A DNA stretch of 64,000 bases, from the NCBI RefSeq assembly GCF_022846255.1, contig NZ_AP025682.1. One strand, 5' to 3'. Every line of letters begins with the position of its first letter. The stretch's first letter is position 1. A program made the translations under genes and the position numbers. Positions 42,231 to 53,753 of the stretch are shown here, piece by piece. The DNA is from Escherichia coli. Lineage in GTDB: Bacteria; Pseudomonadota; Gammaproteobacteria; Enterobacterales; Enterobacteriaceae. Below the pieces are notes generated by a model that searched no databases, was not told the origin of the DNA, and worked only from the letters and a program-made list of their open reading frames with translations.

Positions 42231-43322
42231 ATGCGTTTTCTGCGCCGACCAATATCGCTGCGCCAACGGCTGATATTGACCATCGGGGCCATTTTGTTGG
42301 TGTTTGAGCTGATCAGCGTCTTCTGGCTATGGCATGAAAGTACCGAGCAGATTCAGCTGTTTGAGCAGGCGCTACGCGACAATCGTAACAACGATCGCCA
42401 CATCATGCGTGAGATCCGCGAGGCGGTCGCCAGCCTGATTGTCCCCGGCGTCTTTATGGTCAGCCTGACGCTATTTATCTGCTATCAGGCGGTACGCCGC
42501 ATCACCCGCCCGCTGGCGGAGCTGCAAAAAGAGCTGGAAGCGCGCACCGCCGACAACTTAACGCCCATTGCCATTCACAGCGCCACCCTCGAAATCGAAG
42601 CGGTGGTTTCGGCGTTAAACGATCTGGTCAGTCGCCTGACCAGCACGCTGGATAACGAAAGGTTGTTTACCGCTGACGTCGCGCACGAACTGCGAACGCC
42701 ACTGGCGGGGGTGCGTTTGCATCTGGAACTGCTGGCGAAAACGCATCACATTGATGTAGCACCGTTAGTGGCACGACTTGATCAGATGATGGAGAGCGTC
42801 TCCCAGCTGCTGCAACTGGCGCGTGCCGGACAGTCATTTTCTTCCGGTAATTATCAACATGTAAAACTGCTGGAAGATGTCATTCTCCCCTCGTATGACG
42901 AACTTAGTACCATGCTCGACCAGCGCCAGCAAACCCTGCTATTGCCAGAGAGCGCCGCCGACATCACCGTTCAGGGTGATGCAACCCTGCTGCGGATGTT
43001 ATTGCGAAACCTGGTAGAAAACGCCCATCGTTATAGCCCACAAGGCAGCAACATTATGATTAAGCTGCAAGAAGATGGCGGAGCGGTCATGGCCGTTGAA
43101 GATGAAGGGCCGGGTATTGATGAGAGTAAATGCGGGGAGTTGAGTAAAGCGTTTGTACGAATGGACAGCCGTTATGGCGGAATTGGTCTGGGGTTAAGTA
43201 TTGTCAGCCGCATTACACAGTTGCATCACGGGCAGTTTTTCCTGCAAAACCGGCAAGAGACTTCCGGCACGCGGGCCTGGATACGGCTGAAAAAAGATCA
43301 GTACGTGGCAAACCAGATATAA
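42231..43322 (+). CDS. basS: Sensor histidine kinase BasS/PmrB
   Basis: 363 aa from the ATG (MRFLRRPISL…); an in-frame TTG at 42222 is an alternative start; H-box VAHELRTPL. Confidence 0.9.
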   Translation: MRFLRRPISLRQRLILTIGAILLVFELISVFWLWHESTEQIQLFEQALRDNRNNDRHIMREIREAVASLIVPGVFMVSLTLFICYQAVRRITRPLAELQKELEARTADNLTPIAIHSATLEIEAVVSALNDLVSRLTSTLDNERLFTADVAHELRTPLAGVRLHLELLAKTHHIDVAPLVARLDQMMESVSQLLQLARAGQSFSSGNYQHVKLLEDVILPSYDELSTMLDQRQQTLLLPESAADITVQGDATLLRMLLRNLVENAHRYSPQGSNIMIKLQEDGGAVMAVEDEGPGIDESKCGELSKAFVRMDSRYGGIGLGLSIVSRITQLHHGQFFLQNRQETSGTRAWIRLKKDQYVANQI

Positions 43323-43387
43323 AGAAAGCTGCTGACCACCAGCACGCTGAACACGGTAGTTAAACTTTCATAAACACGGTTTTTCAT
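43298..43387 (-). CDS. pmrR: Small membrane regulator PmrR (29 aa)
   Basis: Hand-translated MKNRVYESLTTVFSVLVVSSFLYIWFATY on the minus strand, overlapping the basS 3' end; coordinates hand-derived. Confidence 0.7.
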   Translation of the reverse strand: MKNRVYESLTTVFSVLVVSSFLYIWFATY

Positions 43388-43498
43388 TGCACTCTCCTCC
43401 GTTAACCTGGAGGAGAGTATGCGCGTCAGAGATTAAGTGAACCTTAAGAGTTCAATTGACCTGATAAGACAGCGTCACATCAGGCCATCCGTTTCAGC

Positions 43499-45001
43499 TT
43501 ATTCATCAATTCGCGGATGTTGCTGCACCAGGCGGGTACGTTTCGCCTGCAAATCGGCAATCTCGTGGTCAATATCATCGATTTTCTGCTCGATATTATC
43601 GTAATGCTCGACGAGAATTTCCTTCGCTTCCTGTATATCTGACGCCGCTGGTGTCGCACCTTTCAACGGTCGATTCGCCGTCTCTTTCATGGTTACGCCG
43701 GTGATTAAACCAACCACCGCCACTACCATCAGGTAATAGGCAGGCATCATCAGATTCTGCGAGCTTTCGACCAGCCAGGCCGCCAGCGTTGGCGTCAGAC
43801 CGGCAACCAGCACCGAAATATTAAATGCCGCCGCCAGCGCGCTGTAACGGATATGCGTCGGGAACATCGCAGGCAAGGTAGAAGCCATAACGCCCGTAAA
43901 GCAGTTAAGGATCACCGCCAGCATCAATAAGCCGGCAAAAATCAGGCCGATGACGTTACTGTTAATCAGAATAAACGCCGGGATCGCCAACACAAACAGT
44001 GCAACACTACCAAGAAGCACAAACGGACGACGGCCAAAACGGTCACTCAGCAAGCCCATCACCGGTTGAACAAACAGCATACCGATCATAATGGCGATAA
44101 TAATCAGCACCCCGTGGTCTTCGGAGTAATGCAGGTTATGCGACAAATAACTCGGCATATAGGTCAGCAACATGTAGTAAGTCACGTTGGTGGCAATTAC
44201 CAGACCAATACATGTCAACAGGCTGCGCCAGTGTTTGGTGGCAATCTCTTTAAACGAGACTTTCGGGCCATCCTGCAAACCTTCGCGGTCGCCCTGTTCC
44301 AGTTTATCGACATGCTGCTGGAACGCCGGAGTCTCTTCCAGCGCATGGCGCAGGTAAAGCCCGATAATCCCTAACGGCAGAGCGATAAAGAACGGAATAC
44401 GCCAGCCCCAATCGAGGAAGTTCTCTTCGCCGACAATGGTCGAAATTAACACCACTACGCCAGCTCCCAGCACAAACCCGGCAATAGAACCAAAGTCCAG
44501 CCAGCTGCCCATAAAGCCACGTTTACGGTCAGGGGAGTATTCCGCAACAAATATTGACGCCCCGGTATATTCACCGCCGACCGAGAAACCTTGTGCCATC
44601 TTACAGATCAACAGCAGAATCGGTGCCCAAATACCAATCGTGTCGTAGGACGGTATTAAGCCAATACAGAACGTACTGATCGACATAATCACAATAGTGA
44701 TAGCGAGGATCTTCTGGCGACCATATTTATCGCCCAACATACCAAAGAAGAGCCCGCCAAGCGGTCGAATCAGAAAGGGAACGGAGAAAGTGGCGAGTGC
44801 AGCAACCATCTGCACGCTGGGGTCAGCCCCCGGGAAAAAAACTTTACCTAATGCGTAAGCAACAAAACCATAAACACCAAAATCGAACCATTCCATTGCA
44901 TTACCCAGTGATGCTGCGGTAATGGCTTTACGCAGTTTACCGTCATCAATAATGGTGACATCACGAAGGGTAATCGGTTTTACTTTTTTCCTTTTCAGCA
45001 T
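43499..45001 (-). CDS. proP: Proline/glycine-betaine:H+ symporter (MFS osmosensor)
   Basis: 500 aa from M12 of the track ORF (MLKRKKVKPITLRDVTIIDDGKL…); C-terminal coiled-coil tail. Confidence 0.95.
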   Translation of the reverse strand: MLKRKKVKPITLRDVTIIDDGKLRKAITAASLGNAMEWFDFGVYGFVAYALGKVFFPGADPSVQMVAALATFSVPFLIRPLGGLFFGMLGDKYGRQKILAITIVIMSISTFCIGLIPSYDTIGIWAPILLLICKMAQGFSVGGEYTGASIFVAEYSPDRKRGFMGSWLDFGSIAGFVLGAGVVVLISTIVGEENFLDWGWRIPFFIALPLGIIGLYLRHALEETPAFQQHVDKLEQGDREGLQDGPKVSFKEIATKHWRSLLTCIGLVIATNVTYYMLLTYMPSYLSHNLHYSEDHGVLIIIAIMIGMLFVQPVMGLLSDRFGRRPFVLLGSVALFVLAIPAFILINSNVIGLIFAGLLMLAVILNCFTGVMASTLPAMFPTHIRYSALAAAFNISVLVAGLTPTLAAWLVESSQNLMMPAYYLMVVAVVGLITGVTMKETANRPLKGATPAASDIQEAKEILVEHYDNIEQKIDDIDHEIADLQAKRTRLVQQHPRIDE

Positions 45002-45264
45002 AGCTTTCCTCGCAGAGTTGGCCCATTTCCGCAAACGCCAGAAAAATCAGCGCGACGGCCGCAAAAGGGGAGCGGGAATTGCAGGATGCAATCTCTGTAA
45101 CAAGCGTAGCGGGTTTGCTTACACCCTCCGGTTAAGGAATGTACAATCAAACCAGTTGACGCCTGAATTGGGCAGTTAATGACCTTTTTACCCTACCAGT
45201 GTTTAAATTTGTGATCAACTTCACACATGTATTTCGTTTAGGACTCATTGGTGTAACTGATTAT

Positions 45265-46143
45265 TTACACCAAATTTACAGAGAAGATTTCCTCGACCAT
45301 TGCCCCCGCCAGACGCTGCGCTGAACAGAGTCGTGGCATCCCCAGCGCGACAGTTTGCCAACGTTGGGTCACTGACCAGCAAACGGGTTGTTTATCTGCC
45401 GTGGTCCACTTTCCCAGCCAACTTAAAAAATCAGCATGATCCCCGCCCGTCGGAATGGTCGAAGAGGCAAACCACTGATGGTAATAGTGACGCGTGGTCG
45501 GGGCCGCATTGATACTCTCTGCCAGATGTTGTGTCGCTTTCACGCGCAAATCACCCAGCAACAACGCCACCGCTTGCGGGCTTCCCAGACGAAAGGCATC
45601 GCCAAATGCACCCCAGCGCAACTCCTCCAGAACGATAAAACAGCGCCCAGGCAACGACCAGGCGTTATACGCCCCAGCACGCCAGCGGGTAAAAATTTGC
45701 TCGCTCTGATCACCTGCCTGCACCAGTAGGCCTCGTTGCGTTAACGCCTTTTCCTTCCAGCGACAACGGGCTGAAAACCACTCATACAAGGCGGCTATTT
45801 GCTGGGGGAGCTCAGGGAAAGCAGAGTGCTGGCGGTGATCCATTTTTTGCAGCAGCGCCAGATGTTGCGCGATCTGCGTCAGCGCCAGATGACCGGGATC
45901 CAGCATCGACGCCAGTTTTTCCACCAATGTCAGACGCAGGCTAAGCGGCGCATTTAACATCCCGCCGTTCGTCCATGCCTGAAGCTGCACACGCGCAAGA
46001 AGTTCCTGCATCAGTCGTTCACGAAACTGCTGCTGATGGGCTTGTGGATGGCGGGCATCATCGCCCTGCGCCAGATCCACTAAAAAGCGCGGATGAACCG
46101 ACTCCAGCACGCGACCGGGGCCGTCCAGTAACGTCTTGGTCAA
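45265..46143 (-). CDS. yjcZ: Uncharacterized protein YjcZ
   Basis: 292-aa ORF immediately downstream of, and overlapping, crfC/yjdA. Confidence 0.8.
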   Translation of the reverse strand: MTKTLLDGPGRVLESVHPRFLVDLAQGDDARHPQAHQQQFRERLMQELLARVQLQAWTNGGMLNAPLSLRLTLVEKLASMLDPGHLALTQIAQHLALLQKMDHRQHSAFPELPQQIAALYEWFSARCRWKEKALTQRGLLVQAGDQSEQIFTRWRAGAYNAWSLPGRCFIVLEELRWGAFGDAFRLGSPQAVALLLGDLRVKATQHLAESINAAPTTRHYYHQWFASSTIPTGGDHADFLSWLGKWTTADKQPVCWSVTQRWQTVALGMPRLCSAQRLAGAMVEEIFSVNLV

Positions 46144-48368
46144 TATCGTTCTGCCGTGAAAAGTGTTTGAATATCATCGCGTAACAGCTGAGCGTCGGTG
46201 CAAATCCAGCTGTGAGTCATCACAGCCTGCTGCAATTGCTGCTGCATCAGCCTGACCACCGATTCATTTTGTTGACGCAGAGCCAGGCTTTCGCGTAAAC
46301 GCGTCTGTAATTCCGTCAAACATGAAGCGAACTCAGCGAAAAAAGTATTCATGCCTGCCGTAACAGATTCATCGACCTGCTCTGCCAGAACTTTAGCCAT
46401 TTGTTGGCAATAAAGATCGACTTCTGCGCTTAATGCTCGTTGCAACACACTGTAATCAACCGTCTCTGTCGGGGATTTCTCATTTCCCCGTCCCCAGTCG
46501 GGCTGATTCAACCAGCGCGAAAAAGTCTCACGCACAACGCCTAAACGCGTGCTCTGCTCGTCCGTTGCTTCCTGGCGCGAAATGACTTCACTGAACAGCT
46601 GGCGAGTGTTGAAGTGGGGAACTGCGCCGTGAAAAACAGGAAAATGAAACCCAGGACGAAACCCTGACTCGCTCAATTCCATTTTGATTTGTTGCTCAAT
46701 GGGGCGAATAACATCGGTTAACACCCGGCAAAGGGTAGATTCCAGCTCGGCAAAACGCAGCGTAAAGTCGCGACAGATGGTGTTCTGCGCCGTCTGTAAC
46801 AGTGTCTCACAGCGGGTACGAATCTCGCTTAACGGCTCCGAATCATCCTGAAACAACGCGGCTAACTGTGCATTCAGCGCATCTTGCTGTTGACGCAGAA
46901 AGTGGTTGGCGGAGGTCAGGGCCAGCTCGATTTCATGTTTAATCTCGCCGCTCACCTGCGCCTGATTGAGTTGAAATAGCTGCAAACTTTCTTCGACCTG
47001 ATGGATATTTTGCCGCAATTGTTCACAAGCGACGTTTAACCCGTGCGCACGAAAATCCAGGTATTCCCGCGCCTGCTGCGCGTAATTCAACAGTTTATGC
47101 ACGGCAGATCGCAGAGCATACAACGAGGCGTTAGCGTAAGCGGCATGAAGCAACGCCTGAATTGGCTGGGCGAACAGCGAATCTTCCCACAACTGATCGG
47201 CAGCATGACGAATATGTTCGAGGTCAGCCAGATCGGCATGACGCCAGCGCCTGCCGAGCGCGGCATGGGCAAAATCTTCCACCCAGCGTTGTTGTTGGGG
47301 GTCCGGCAGTCTGCCGCTGCTAGCTAACTCATGGCGAGCCCGATTCGCCAGATAGCCCCACATCGAAGATACCGGAAATATCTGCCCTGGCGTAACGCAG
47401 CCTTTCATCAACGTCCCGGAAATCAGCGCCCGCACCTGTTCGGCGTCGTCACTGTTACGATCCTGTTGATCGAACTTATTGACCAGCACATACAGCGGCA
47501 CCGATTGCCCCACCGCCAAAATCGCCTCACGGACCTCTTCATCGGAGATCGATTTCAGTTGCGTATAATCCAGCACCGCCAGTACCGCCGAGGCGCGTGC
47601 CAGCTGCTGGTTAAGCATTTTTTGCAGATGCGGTTGCCCGGCTTCATTTGGCCCGGGGGTATCCAGTAACGTCAATTGACCGGGATAACTCTCCAGCCCC
47701 GCCAGATGGACAAACTCCACTTCAATCACGGGAATATGCTCAATGGCGGCGTAAGCAGAAAAAGGAAAATCGACGTCCAGCGCCTTCGCCAGTCGCACCA
47801 AATCATTCAAACTTTTCAGACAATGAAAAATAGGCTGGGCACCCAGATAATATTTTTCGAAAGCGACGCCATTTTCGATCCGCTGCATAAGCGCACGCAT
47901 ATCTTTATCTATTTCCAGCACATCGGTCAGATGCTTAATATCGCAATCACGCAGGCGCTGTTGTAATTTTTGAATTAAACAATCGATTGGCGCGACATGT
48001 GAAAAATGCAGTACCGGTTCCTTTTGCCCGGGCGTATGGCGAATAAGCGTCGGCAGCGCAGTCATTGGGCGATTACGATTAGGCAAAACCTCCGTACCAA
48101 CAATGGCATTAATGGTGGTTGATTTCCCTGCTTTCATGGTACCGACAATCGCCAGCACCATTTCCAGTCGGGAAATTTTACGCAACTCATTATTCAGCAT
48201 CGCGTGACGTTCGGCGATATTAGGCTGACTCCAGGGTAAAGCCAGTTGTGGCGCATCGTCTCCTGGGACAGAGAGAGGCATTTTTTCCAGTAACTGCAAC
48301 TGTTGGCGAGAAAGCTGTAACAGGCGTTCAGCCTCCTGACTTAACTCATACAGGGTCTGTGTGTACAT
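46140..48368 (-). CDS. crfC: Dynamin-like GTPase CrfC (YjdA)
   Basis: 742 aa; dynamin-type GTPase motif GTMKAGKSTTINAIVG near the N-terminus. Confidence 0.9.
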   Translation of the reverse strand: MYTQTLYELSQEAERLLQLSRQQLQLLEKMPLSVPGDDAPQLALPWSQPNIAERHAMLNNELRKISRLEMVLAIVGTMKAGKSTTINAIVGTEVLPNRNRPMTALPTLIRHTPGQKEPVLHFSHVAPIDCLIQKLQQRLRDCDIKHLTDVLEIDKDMRALMQRIENGVAFEKYYLGAQPIFHCLKSLNDLVRLAKALDVDFPFSAYAAIEHIPVIEVEFVHLAGLESYPGQLTLLDTPGPNEAGQPHLQKMLNQQLARASAVLAVLDYTQLKSISDEEVREAILAVGQSVPLYVLVNKFDQQDRNSDDAEQVRALISGTLMKGCVTPGQIFPVSSMWGYLANRARHELASSGRLPDPQQQRWVEDFAHAALGRRWRHADLADLEHIRHAADQLWEDSLFAQPIQALLHAAYANASLYALRSAVHKLLNYAQQAREYLDFRAHGLNVACEQLRQNIHQVEESLQLFQLNQAQVSGEIKHEIELALTSANHFLRQQQDALNAQLAALFQDDSEPLSEIRTRCETLLQTAQNTICRDFTLRFAELESTLCRVLTDVIRPIEQQIKMELSESGFRPGFHFPVFHGAVPHFNTRQLFSEVISRQEATDEQSTRLGVVRETFSRWLNQPDWGRGNEKSPTETVDYSVLQRALSAEVDLYCQQMAKVLAEQVDESVTAGMNTFFAEFASCLTELQTRLRESLALRQQNESVVRLMQQQLQQAVMTHSWICTDAQLLRDDIQTLFTAERY

Positions 48369-48769
48369 AGAAAATTCTTCCTTAAAGCAAATTTTGTTAC
48401 TTTTATTTAGCCAGATTGTTTTTGAGTTCTGTTTTCGGCTTTTATAATTACTGCAAGAAATAATTTTATATTTAGAGTGTTGTTTTTTATTAGAATAAAT
48501 AATGTCTTCCGATACGTTTAAAACGTCAGAAAGATAAAAATATCATTTGAATTAAAAAAAGAACAAGTAGAGCATTAACCTTATCTTAAATAATAAATGG
48601 AGGCAAAAAGATTATTTTCTTTTTGCGTTTCCTTTCAAATGAAAACGATCGTCGTCTAAAATCAGCAGTACCCCCGACAAACTCAGGGATTTTGTGTATA
48701 ATTGCGGCCTTTTTCGGCAATCTGCCGTTTTTTGGCGCTTTTGCCCTGCTGACTTTTGAGGAAATCCAC

Positions 48770-49105
48770 ATGTCATTACCACACTGCCCAAAATGCAACT
48801 CCGAATACACCTACGAAGATAACGGCATGTACATCTGCCCGGAATGTGCCTACGAATGGAACGACGCAGAACCTGCACAGGAAAGCGACGAGCTGATCGT
48901 TAAAGATGCTAACGGCAATCTGCTGGCTGACGGCGACAGCGTTACCATCATTAAAGATCTGAAGGTGAAAGGTAGCTCTTCGATGCTGAAAATTGGCACC
49001 AAAGTGAAAAACATCCGCCTGGTTGAAGGCGACCATAACATCGATTGCAAAATCGACGGTTTTGGTCCGATGAAACTGAAATCTGAGTTTGTGAAAAAGA
49101 ACTGA
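48770..49105 (+). CDS. phnA: PhnA, zinc-ribbon protein
   Basis: 111 aa from M50 of the track ORF; two CxxC pairs (CPKCNSEY…CPECAYEW). Confidence 0.9.
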
Positions 49106-49120
49106 TTGTATTGTGATCGG

Positions 49121-49199
49121 TAAGCCGGATAAGGCGCTCGCGCCGCATCCGGCAACGATGCCGACAGCCTGATGCGACGCTGACCGCGTCTTATCAGGC
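49121..49199. repeat. REP (repetitive extragenic palindrome) elements
   Basis: gccggataaggcgctcgcgccgcatccggca and an inverted partner; canonical E. coli REP motifs. Confidence 0.7.
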
Positions 49200-49264
49200 T
49201 TCCCTCTCATCTGTATAAATTTCGAACTACACTTAACTGGCTTCTCTTAACTGAGGTCACCATC

Positions 49265-49708
49265 ATGCCGTTAAGTCCCTACCTCTCTTTTGCCGGTAAC
49301 TGTGCCGACGCAATTGCTTATTATCAACGTACGTTGGGCGCTGAACTGCTCTATAAAATCAGCTTCGGCGAAATGCCAAAATCAGCGCAGGACAGCGCCG
49401 AGAACTGCCCTTCCGGAATGCAATTTCCCGATACCGCCATCGCCCACGCCAATGTGCGCATTGCCGGAAGCGATATCATGATGAGCGATGCTATACCGTC
49501 AGGAAAAGCCAGCTACTCCGGCTTTACGCTGGTGCTCGATTCGCAACAGGTCGAAGAAGGAAAACGCTGGTTTGACAACCTTGCCGCTAACGGAAAAATC
49601 GAAATGGCCTGGCAGGAAACTTTCTGGGCGCATGGCTTCGGCAAAGTCACCGATAAATTTGGCGTACCGTGGATGATTAATGTCGTCAAACAACAACCAA
49701 CGCACTAA
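49265..49708 (+). CDS. phnB: PhnB (glyoxalase/bleomycin-resistance fold)
   Basis: 147-aa ORF between phnA and phnC. Confidence 0.9.
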   Translation: MPLSPYLSFAGNCADAIAYYQRTLGAELLYKISFGEMPKSAQDSAENCPSGMQFPDTAIAHANVRIAGSDIMMSDAIPSGKASYSGFTLVLDSQQVEEGKRWFDNLAANGKIEMAWQETFWAHGFGKVTDKFGVPWMINVVKQQPTH

Positions 49709-49840
49709 CCCGCCGGGAGGGCCGCCCTCCCGCACTGTCATCGAATTCCCGTTAACTCTTCATCTGTTAGTCACTTTTAATTAACCAAATCGTCACAATA
49801 ATCCGCCACGATGGAGCCACTTTTTTAGGGAGGCTGCATC

Positions 49841-50629
49841 ATGCAAACGATTATCCGTGTCGAGAAGCTCGCCAAAACCTTCAATCAGCATCAGGCGCTG
49901 CACGCGGTTGATCTGAACATTCATCACGGTGAAATGGTGGCTCTGCTTGGGCCGTCGGGTTCCGGCAAATCCACCCTTTTACGTCACTTAAGCGGTTTGA
50001 TTACCGGCGATAAATCTGCCGGTAGCCATATCGAGCTGCTGGGCCGCACAGTCCAGCGCGAAGGCCGCCTGGCCCGCGATATCCGCAAAAGCCGCGCCAA
50101 CACCGGCTACATCTTCCAACAATTCAACCTGGTGAATCGCCTGAGCGTACTGGAGAACGTGCTGATTGGCGCGCTCGGCAGCACGCCATTCTGGCGCACC
50201 TGTTTTAGCTACTTCACCCGCGAGCAGAAACAGCGCGCGTTACAGGCGCTGACCCGCGTTGGCATGGTGCACTTTGCCCATCAGCGCGTTTCCACACTCT
50301 CCGGCGGCCAGCAACAGCGTGTGGCGATTGCCCGCGCGCTGATGCAGCAGGCGAAGGTGATTCTGGCCGATGAACCCATCGCCTCGCTGGACCCGGAATC
50401 AGCGCGCATCGTGATGGACACCCTGCGCGACATCAACCAGAACGACGGCATTACCGTGGTCGTCACGCTGCATCAGGTGGATTACGCCCTGCGCTACTGC
50501 GAACGCATCGTCGCCCTGCGCCAGGGGCACGTCTTCTACGACGGCAGCAGCCAACAGTTTGATAACGAACGTTTTGACCATCTCTACCGCAGCATTAACC
50601 GCGTCGAAGAGAACGCGAAAGCTGCCTGA
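49841..50629 (+). CDS. phnC: Phosphonate ABC transporter ATPase
   Basis: 262 aa; Walker [10 protein letters not shown] and ABC signature LSGGQQQR. Confidence 0.95.
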   Translation: MQTIIRVEKLAKTFNQHQALHAVDLNIHHGEMVALLGPSGSGKSTLLRHLSGLITGDKSAGSHIELLGRTVQREGRLARDIRKSRANTGYIFQQFNLVNRLSVLENVLIGALGSTPFWRTCFSYFTREQKQRALQALTRVGMVHFAHQRVSTLSGGQQQRVAIARALMQQAKVILADEPIASLDPESARIVMDTLRDINQNDGITVVVTLHQVDYALRYCERIVALRQGHVFYDGSSQQFDNERFDHLYRSINRVEENAKAA

Positions 50630-50653
50630 CATCCCCATCATTGAGGAAAACGA

Positions 50654-51670
50654 ATGAACGCTAAGATAATTGCCTCGCTGGCCTTCACCAGCATGTTCAG
50701 CCTCAGCACCCTGTTAAGCCCGGCGCACGCCGAAGAGCAGGAAAAGGCGCTGAATTTCGGCATTATTTCAACGGAATCACAGCAAAACCTGAAACCGCAA
50801 TGGACGCCGTTCTTACAGGATATGGAAAAGAAGCTGGGCGTGAAAGTGAACGCCTTCTTTGCCCCGGACTACGCGGGCATTATCCAGGGAATGCGTTTTA
50901 ATAAAGTGGATATCGCCTGGTACGGCAACCTGTCGGCAATGGAAGCGGTGGATCGCGCCAACGGTCAGGTCTTCGCCCAGACGGTCGCGGCAGATGGATC
51001 GCCGGGTTACTGGAGCGTGTTGATCGTCAACAAAGATAGTCCGATCAACAACCTGAACGATCTGCTGGCGAAGCGGAAAGATCTCACCTTCGGCAATGGC
51101 GATCCTAACTCTACCTCCGGCTTCCTCGTCCCCGGTTACTACGTCTTCGCTAAAAACAATATCTCCGCCAGCGACTTTAAGCGCACCGTCAACGCCGGGC
51201 ATGAAACCAACGCCCTCGCCGTCGCTAACAAGCAAGTGGATGTCGCCACCAACAACACCGAAAACCTCGACAAGCTGAAAACCTCCGCGCCGGAGAAGCT
51301 GAAAGAACTGAAGGTGATCTGGAAATCACCGCTGATCCCTGGCGATCCGATCGTCTGGCGCAAAAATCTTTCCGAAACCACTAAAGACAAGATCTACGAC
51401 TTCTTTATGAATTACGGCAAAACGCCGGAAGAGAAAGCGGTGCTGGAACGCCTGGGCTGGGCCCCGTTCCGCGCCTCCAGCGACCTGCAACTGGTGCCGA
51501 TTCGCCAGCTCGCACTGTTTAAAGAGATGCAAAGCGTGAAGGACAACAAAGGGCTGAACGAACAGGACAAGCTGGCAAAAACCACTGCCATTCAGGTGCA
51601 ACTGGATGATTTGGACCGCCTGAACAACGCGTTAAGCGCAATGAGTTCGGTGAGTAAAGCGGTGCAGTAA
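50654..51670 (+). CDS. phnD: Phosphonate ABC transporter periplasmic binding protein
   Basis: 338 aa with a signal peptide. Confidence 0.95.
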   Translation: MNAKIIASLAFTSMFSLSTLLSPAHAEEQEKALNFGIISTESQQNLKPQWTPFLQDMEKKLGVKVNAFFAPDYAGIIQGMRFNKVDIAWYGNLSAMEAVDRANGQVFAQTVAADGSPGYWSVLIVNKDSPINNLNDLLAKRKDLTFGNGDPNSTSGFLVPGYYVFAKNNISASDFKRTVNAGHETNALAVANKQVDVATNNTENLDKLKTSAPEKLKELKVIWKSPLIPGDPIVWRKNLSETTKDKIYDFFMNYGKTPEEKAVLERLGWAPFRASSDLQLVPIRQLALFKEMQSVKDNKGLNEQDKLAKTTAIQVQLDDLDRLNNALSAMSSVSKAVQ

Positions 51671-51671
51671 A

Positions 51672-51762
51672 TCGTAGGTCGGATAAGACGCCCGGCGTCG
51701 CATCCGACAATGTGCAGACGTTGATGCCGGATGCGGTGCAAGCACCTTATCCGGCCTACAGA
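51672..51762. repeat. REP elements between phnD and phnE
   Basis: aggtcggataagacgcccggcgtcgcatccgaca … gatgccggatgcggtgcaagcaccttatccggcctaca. Confidence 0.7.
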
Positions 51763-51774
51763 CCGGAGCCAAAC

Positions 51775-52554
51775 ATGCAAACCATCACCATCGCCCCACC
51801 CAAGCGCAGCTGGTTCTCGCTTCTGAGCTGGGCCGTTGTTATCGCCGTGCTGGTCGTCTCGTGGCAGGGCGCGGAAATGGCCCCGCTTACGCTGATTAAA
51901 GATGGCGGCAACATGGCGACGTTCGCCGCCGACTTCTTCCCGCCCGATTTCAGCCAGTGGCAGGATTACCTCACCGAAATGGCCGTCACGCTGCAAATCG
52001 CCGTCTGGGGCACCGCGCTGGCGGTGGTTCTCTCCATCCCCTTCGGCCTGATGAGCGCTGAAAACCTGGTACCGTGGTGGGTCTACCAACCTGTACGCCG
52101 CCTGATGGACGCCTGCCGCGCCATTAACGAAATGGTCTTCGCCATGCTGTTCGTGGTCGCCGTCGGCCTCGGCCCGTTCGCTGGCGTGCTGGCGCTGTTT
52201 ATCCACACCACCGGCGTACTTTCCAAACTGCTTTCCGAAGCGGTAGAAGCGATTGAACCCGGCCCGGTGGAGGGCATTCGCGCCACTGGTGCCAACAAGC
52301 TGGAAGAGATCCTCTACGGCGTACTACCGCAGGTCATGCCGCTGCTGATTTCCTACTCTCTCTATCGCTTCGAATCCAACGTCCGCTCGGCGACCGTCGT
52401 CGGTATGGTTGGCGCGGGCGGAATTGGCGTCACGCTGTGGGAAGCGATTCGCGGTTTCCAGTTCCAGCAAACCTGCGCCCTGATGGTGCTCATCATCGTC
52501 ACGGTCAGCCTGCTGGATTTCCTCTCTCAACGGTTGCGTAAGCACTTTATCTGA
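51775..52554 (+). CDS. phnE: Phosphonate ABC transporter permease (intact)
   Basis: 259 aa from M22 of the track ORF ([13 protein letters not shown]…); uninterrupted reading frame. Confidence 0.9.
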   Translation: MQTITIAPPKRSWFSLLSWAVVIAVLVVSWQGAEMAPLTLIKDGGNMATFAADFFPPDFSQWQDYLTEMAVTLQIAVWGTALAVVLSIPFGLMSAENLVPWWVYQPVRRLMDACRAINEMVFAMLFVVAVGLGPFAGVLALFIHTTGVLSKLLSEAVEAIEPGPVEGIRATGANKLEEILYGVLPQVMPLLISYSLYRFESNVRSATVVGMVGAGGIGVTLWEAIRGFQFQQTCALMVLIIVTVSLLDFLSQRLRKHFI

Positions 52555-52574
52555 TAAGCGAGGCATTGATATCT

Positions 52575-53300
52575 ATGCACTTGTCTACACATCCGACCAG
52601 CTACCCAACACGCTATCAGGAGATAGCCGCAAAACTTGAGCAGGAGCTTCGTCAACACTACCGCTGCGGCGACTATCTTCCCGCCGAGCAGCAACTGGCG
52701 GCGCGCTTTGAGGTGAACCGCCACACCCTGCGCCGCGCCATCGACCAACTGGTGGAAAAAGGCTGGGTACAGCGCCGTCAGGGCGTCGGCGTACTGGTGC
52801 TGATGCGCCCGTTCGATTACCCGCTCAATGCCCAGGCGCGTTTTAGCCAGAACCTGCTGGACCAGGGCAGCCATCCCACCAGCGAAAAATTGCTATCGGT
52901 GCTGCGCCCCGCCTCCGGTCACGTCGCTGACGCGCTGGGGATAACCGAGGGGGAGAACGTTATCCACCTGCGCACCCTGCGTCGGGTCAACGGCGTCGCG
53001 CTCTGTTTAATCGACCACTACTTTGCGGACCTCACCCTCTGGCCGACGCTTCAATGCTTTGACAGCGGTTCGCTACACGATTTTCTGCGCGAGCAAACGG
53101 GGATTACGCTACGACGCAGTCAGACGCGGATCAGCGCCCGCCGCGCCCAGGCCAAAGAGTGCCAGCGTCTTGAAATTCCGAATATGTCGCCGCTGCTGTG
53201 CGTGCGCACCCTTAACCACCGTGACGGTGAAAGCAGCCCGGCGGAATACTCCGTCAGCCTGACACGCGCCGACATGATTGAATTCACTATGGAGCACTGA
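52575..53300 (+). CDS. phnF: GntR-family repressor of the phn operon
   Basis: 241 aa from M4 of the track ORF; HTH plus UTRA domain. Confidence 0.9.
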   Translation: MHLSTHPTSYPTRYQEIAAKLEQELRQHYRCGDYLPAEQQLAARFEVNRHTLRRAIDQLVEKGWVQRRQGVGVLVLMRPFDYPLNAQARFSQNLLDQGSHPTSEKLLSVLRPASGHVADALGITEGENVIHLRTLRRVNGVALCLIDHYFADLTLWPTLQCFDSGSLHDFLREQTGITLRRSQTRISARRAQAKECQRLEIPNMSPLLCVRTLNHRDGESSPAEYSVSLTRADMIEFTMEH

Positions 53301-53753
53301 ATGCACGCAGATACCGCGACCCGCCAGCACTGGATGTCCGTGCTGGCGCACAGCCAACCGGCTGAACTGGCAGCCCGCCTGAACGCGCTGAACATCACCG
53401 CCGACTATGAAGTAATCCGCGCCGCTGAAACCGGCCTGGTGCAGATTCAGGCGCGGATGGGTGGCACCGGCGAACGCTTTTTTGCTGGCGACGCCACGCT
53501 CACCCGCGCCGCCGTACGCCTGACTGACGGCACGCTCGGCTACAGCTGGGTGCTGGGGCGCGACAAACAGCACGCCGAACGCTGCGCGCTGATCGACGCG
53601 CTGATGCAGCAAACCCGCCATTTTCAAAACTTATCAGAAACTCTTATTGCCCCGCTGAACGCTGACCGTATGGCACGCATTGCCGCACGCCAGGCCGAAG
53701 TAAACGCCAGCCGGGTCGACTTCTTTACGATGGTTCGCGGAGATAACGCATGA
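53301..53753 (+). CDS. phnG: C-P lyase core complex subunit PhnG
   Basis: 150 aa; position and translationally coupled arrangement within phnGHIJ. Confidence 0.95.
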   Translation: MHADTATRQHWMSVLAHSQPAELAARLNALNITADYEVIRAAETGLVQIQARMGGTGERFFAGDATLTRAAVRLTDGTLGYSWVLGRDKQHAERCALIDALMQQTRHFQNLSETLIAPLNADRMARIAARQAEVNASRVDFFTMVRGDNA

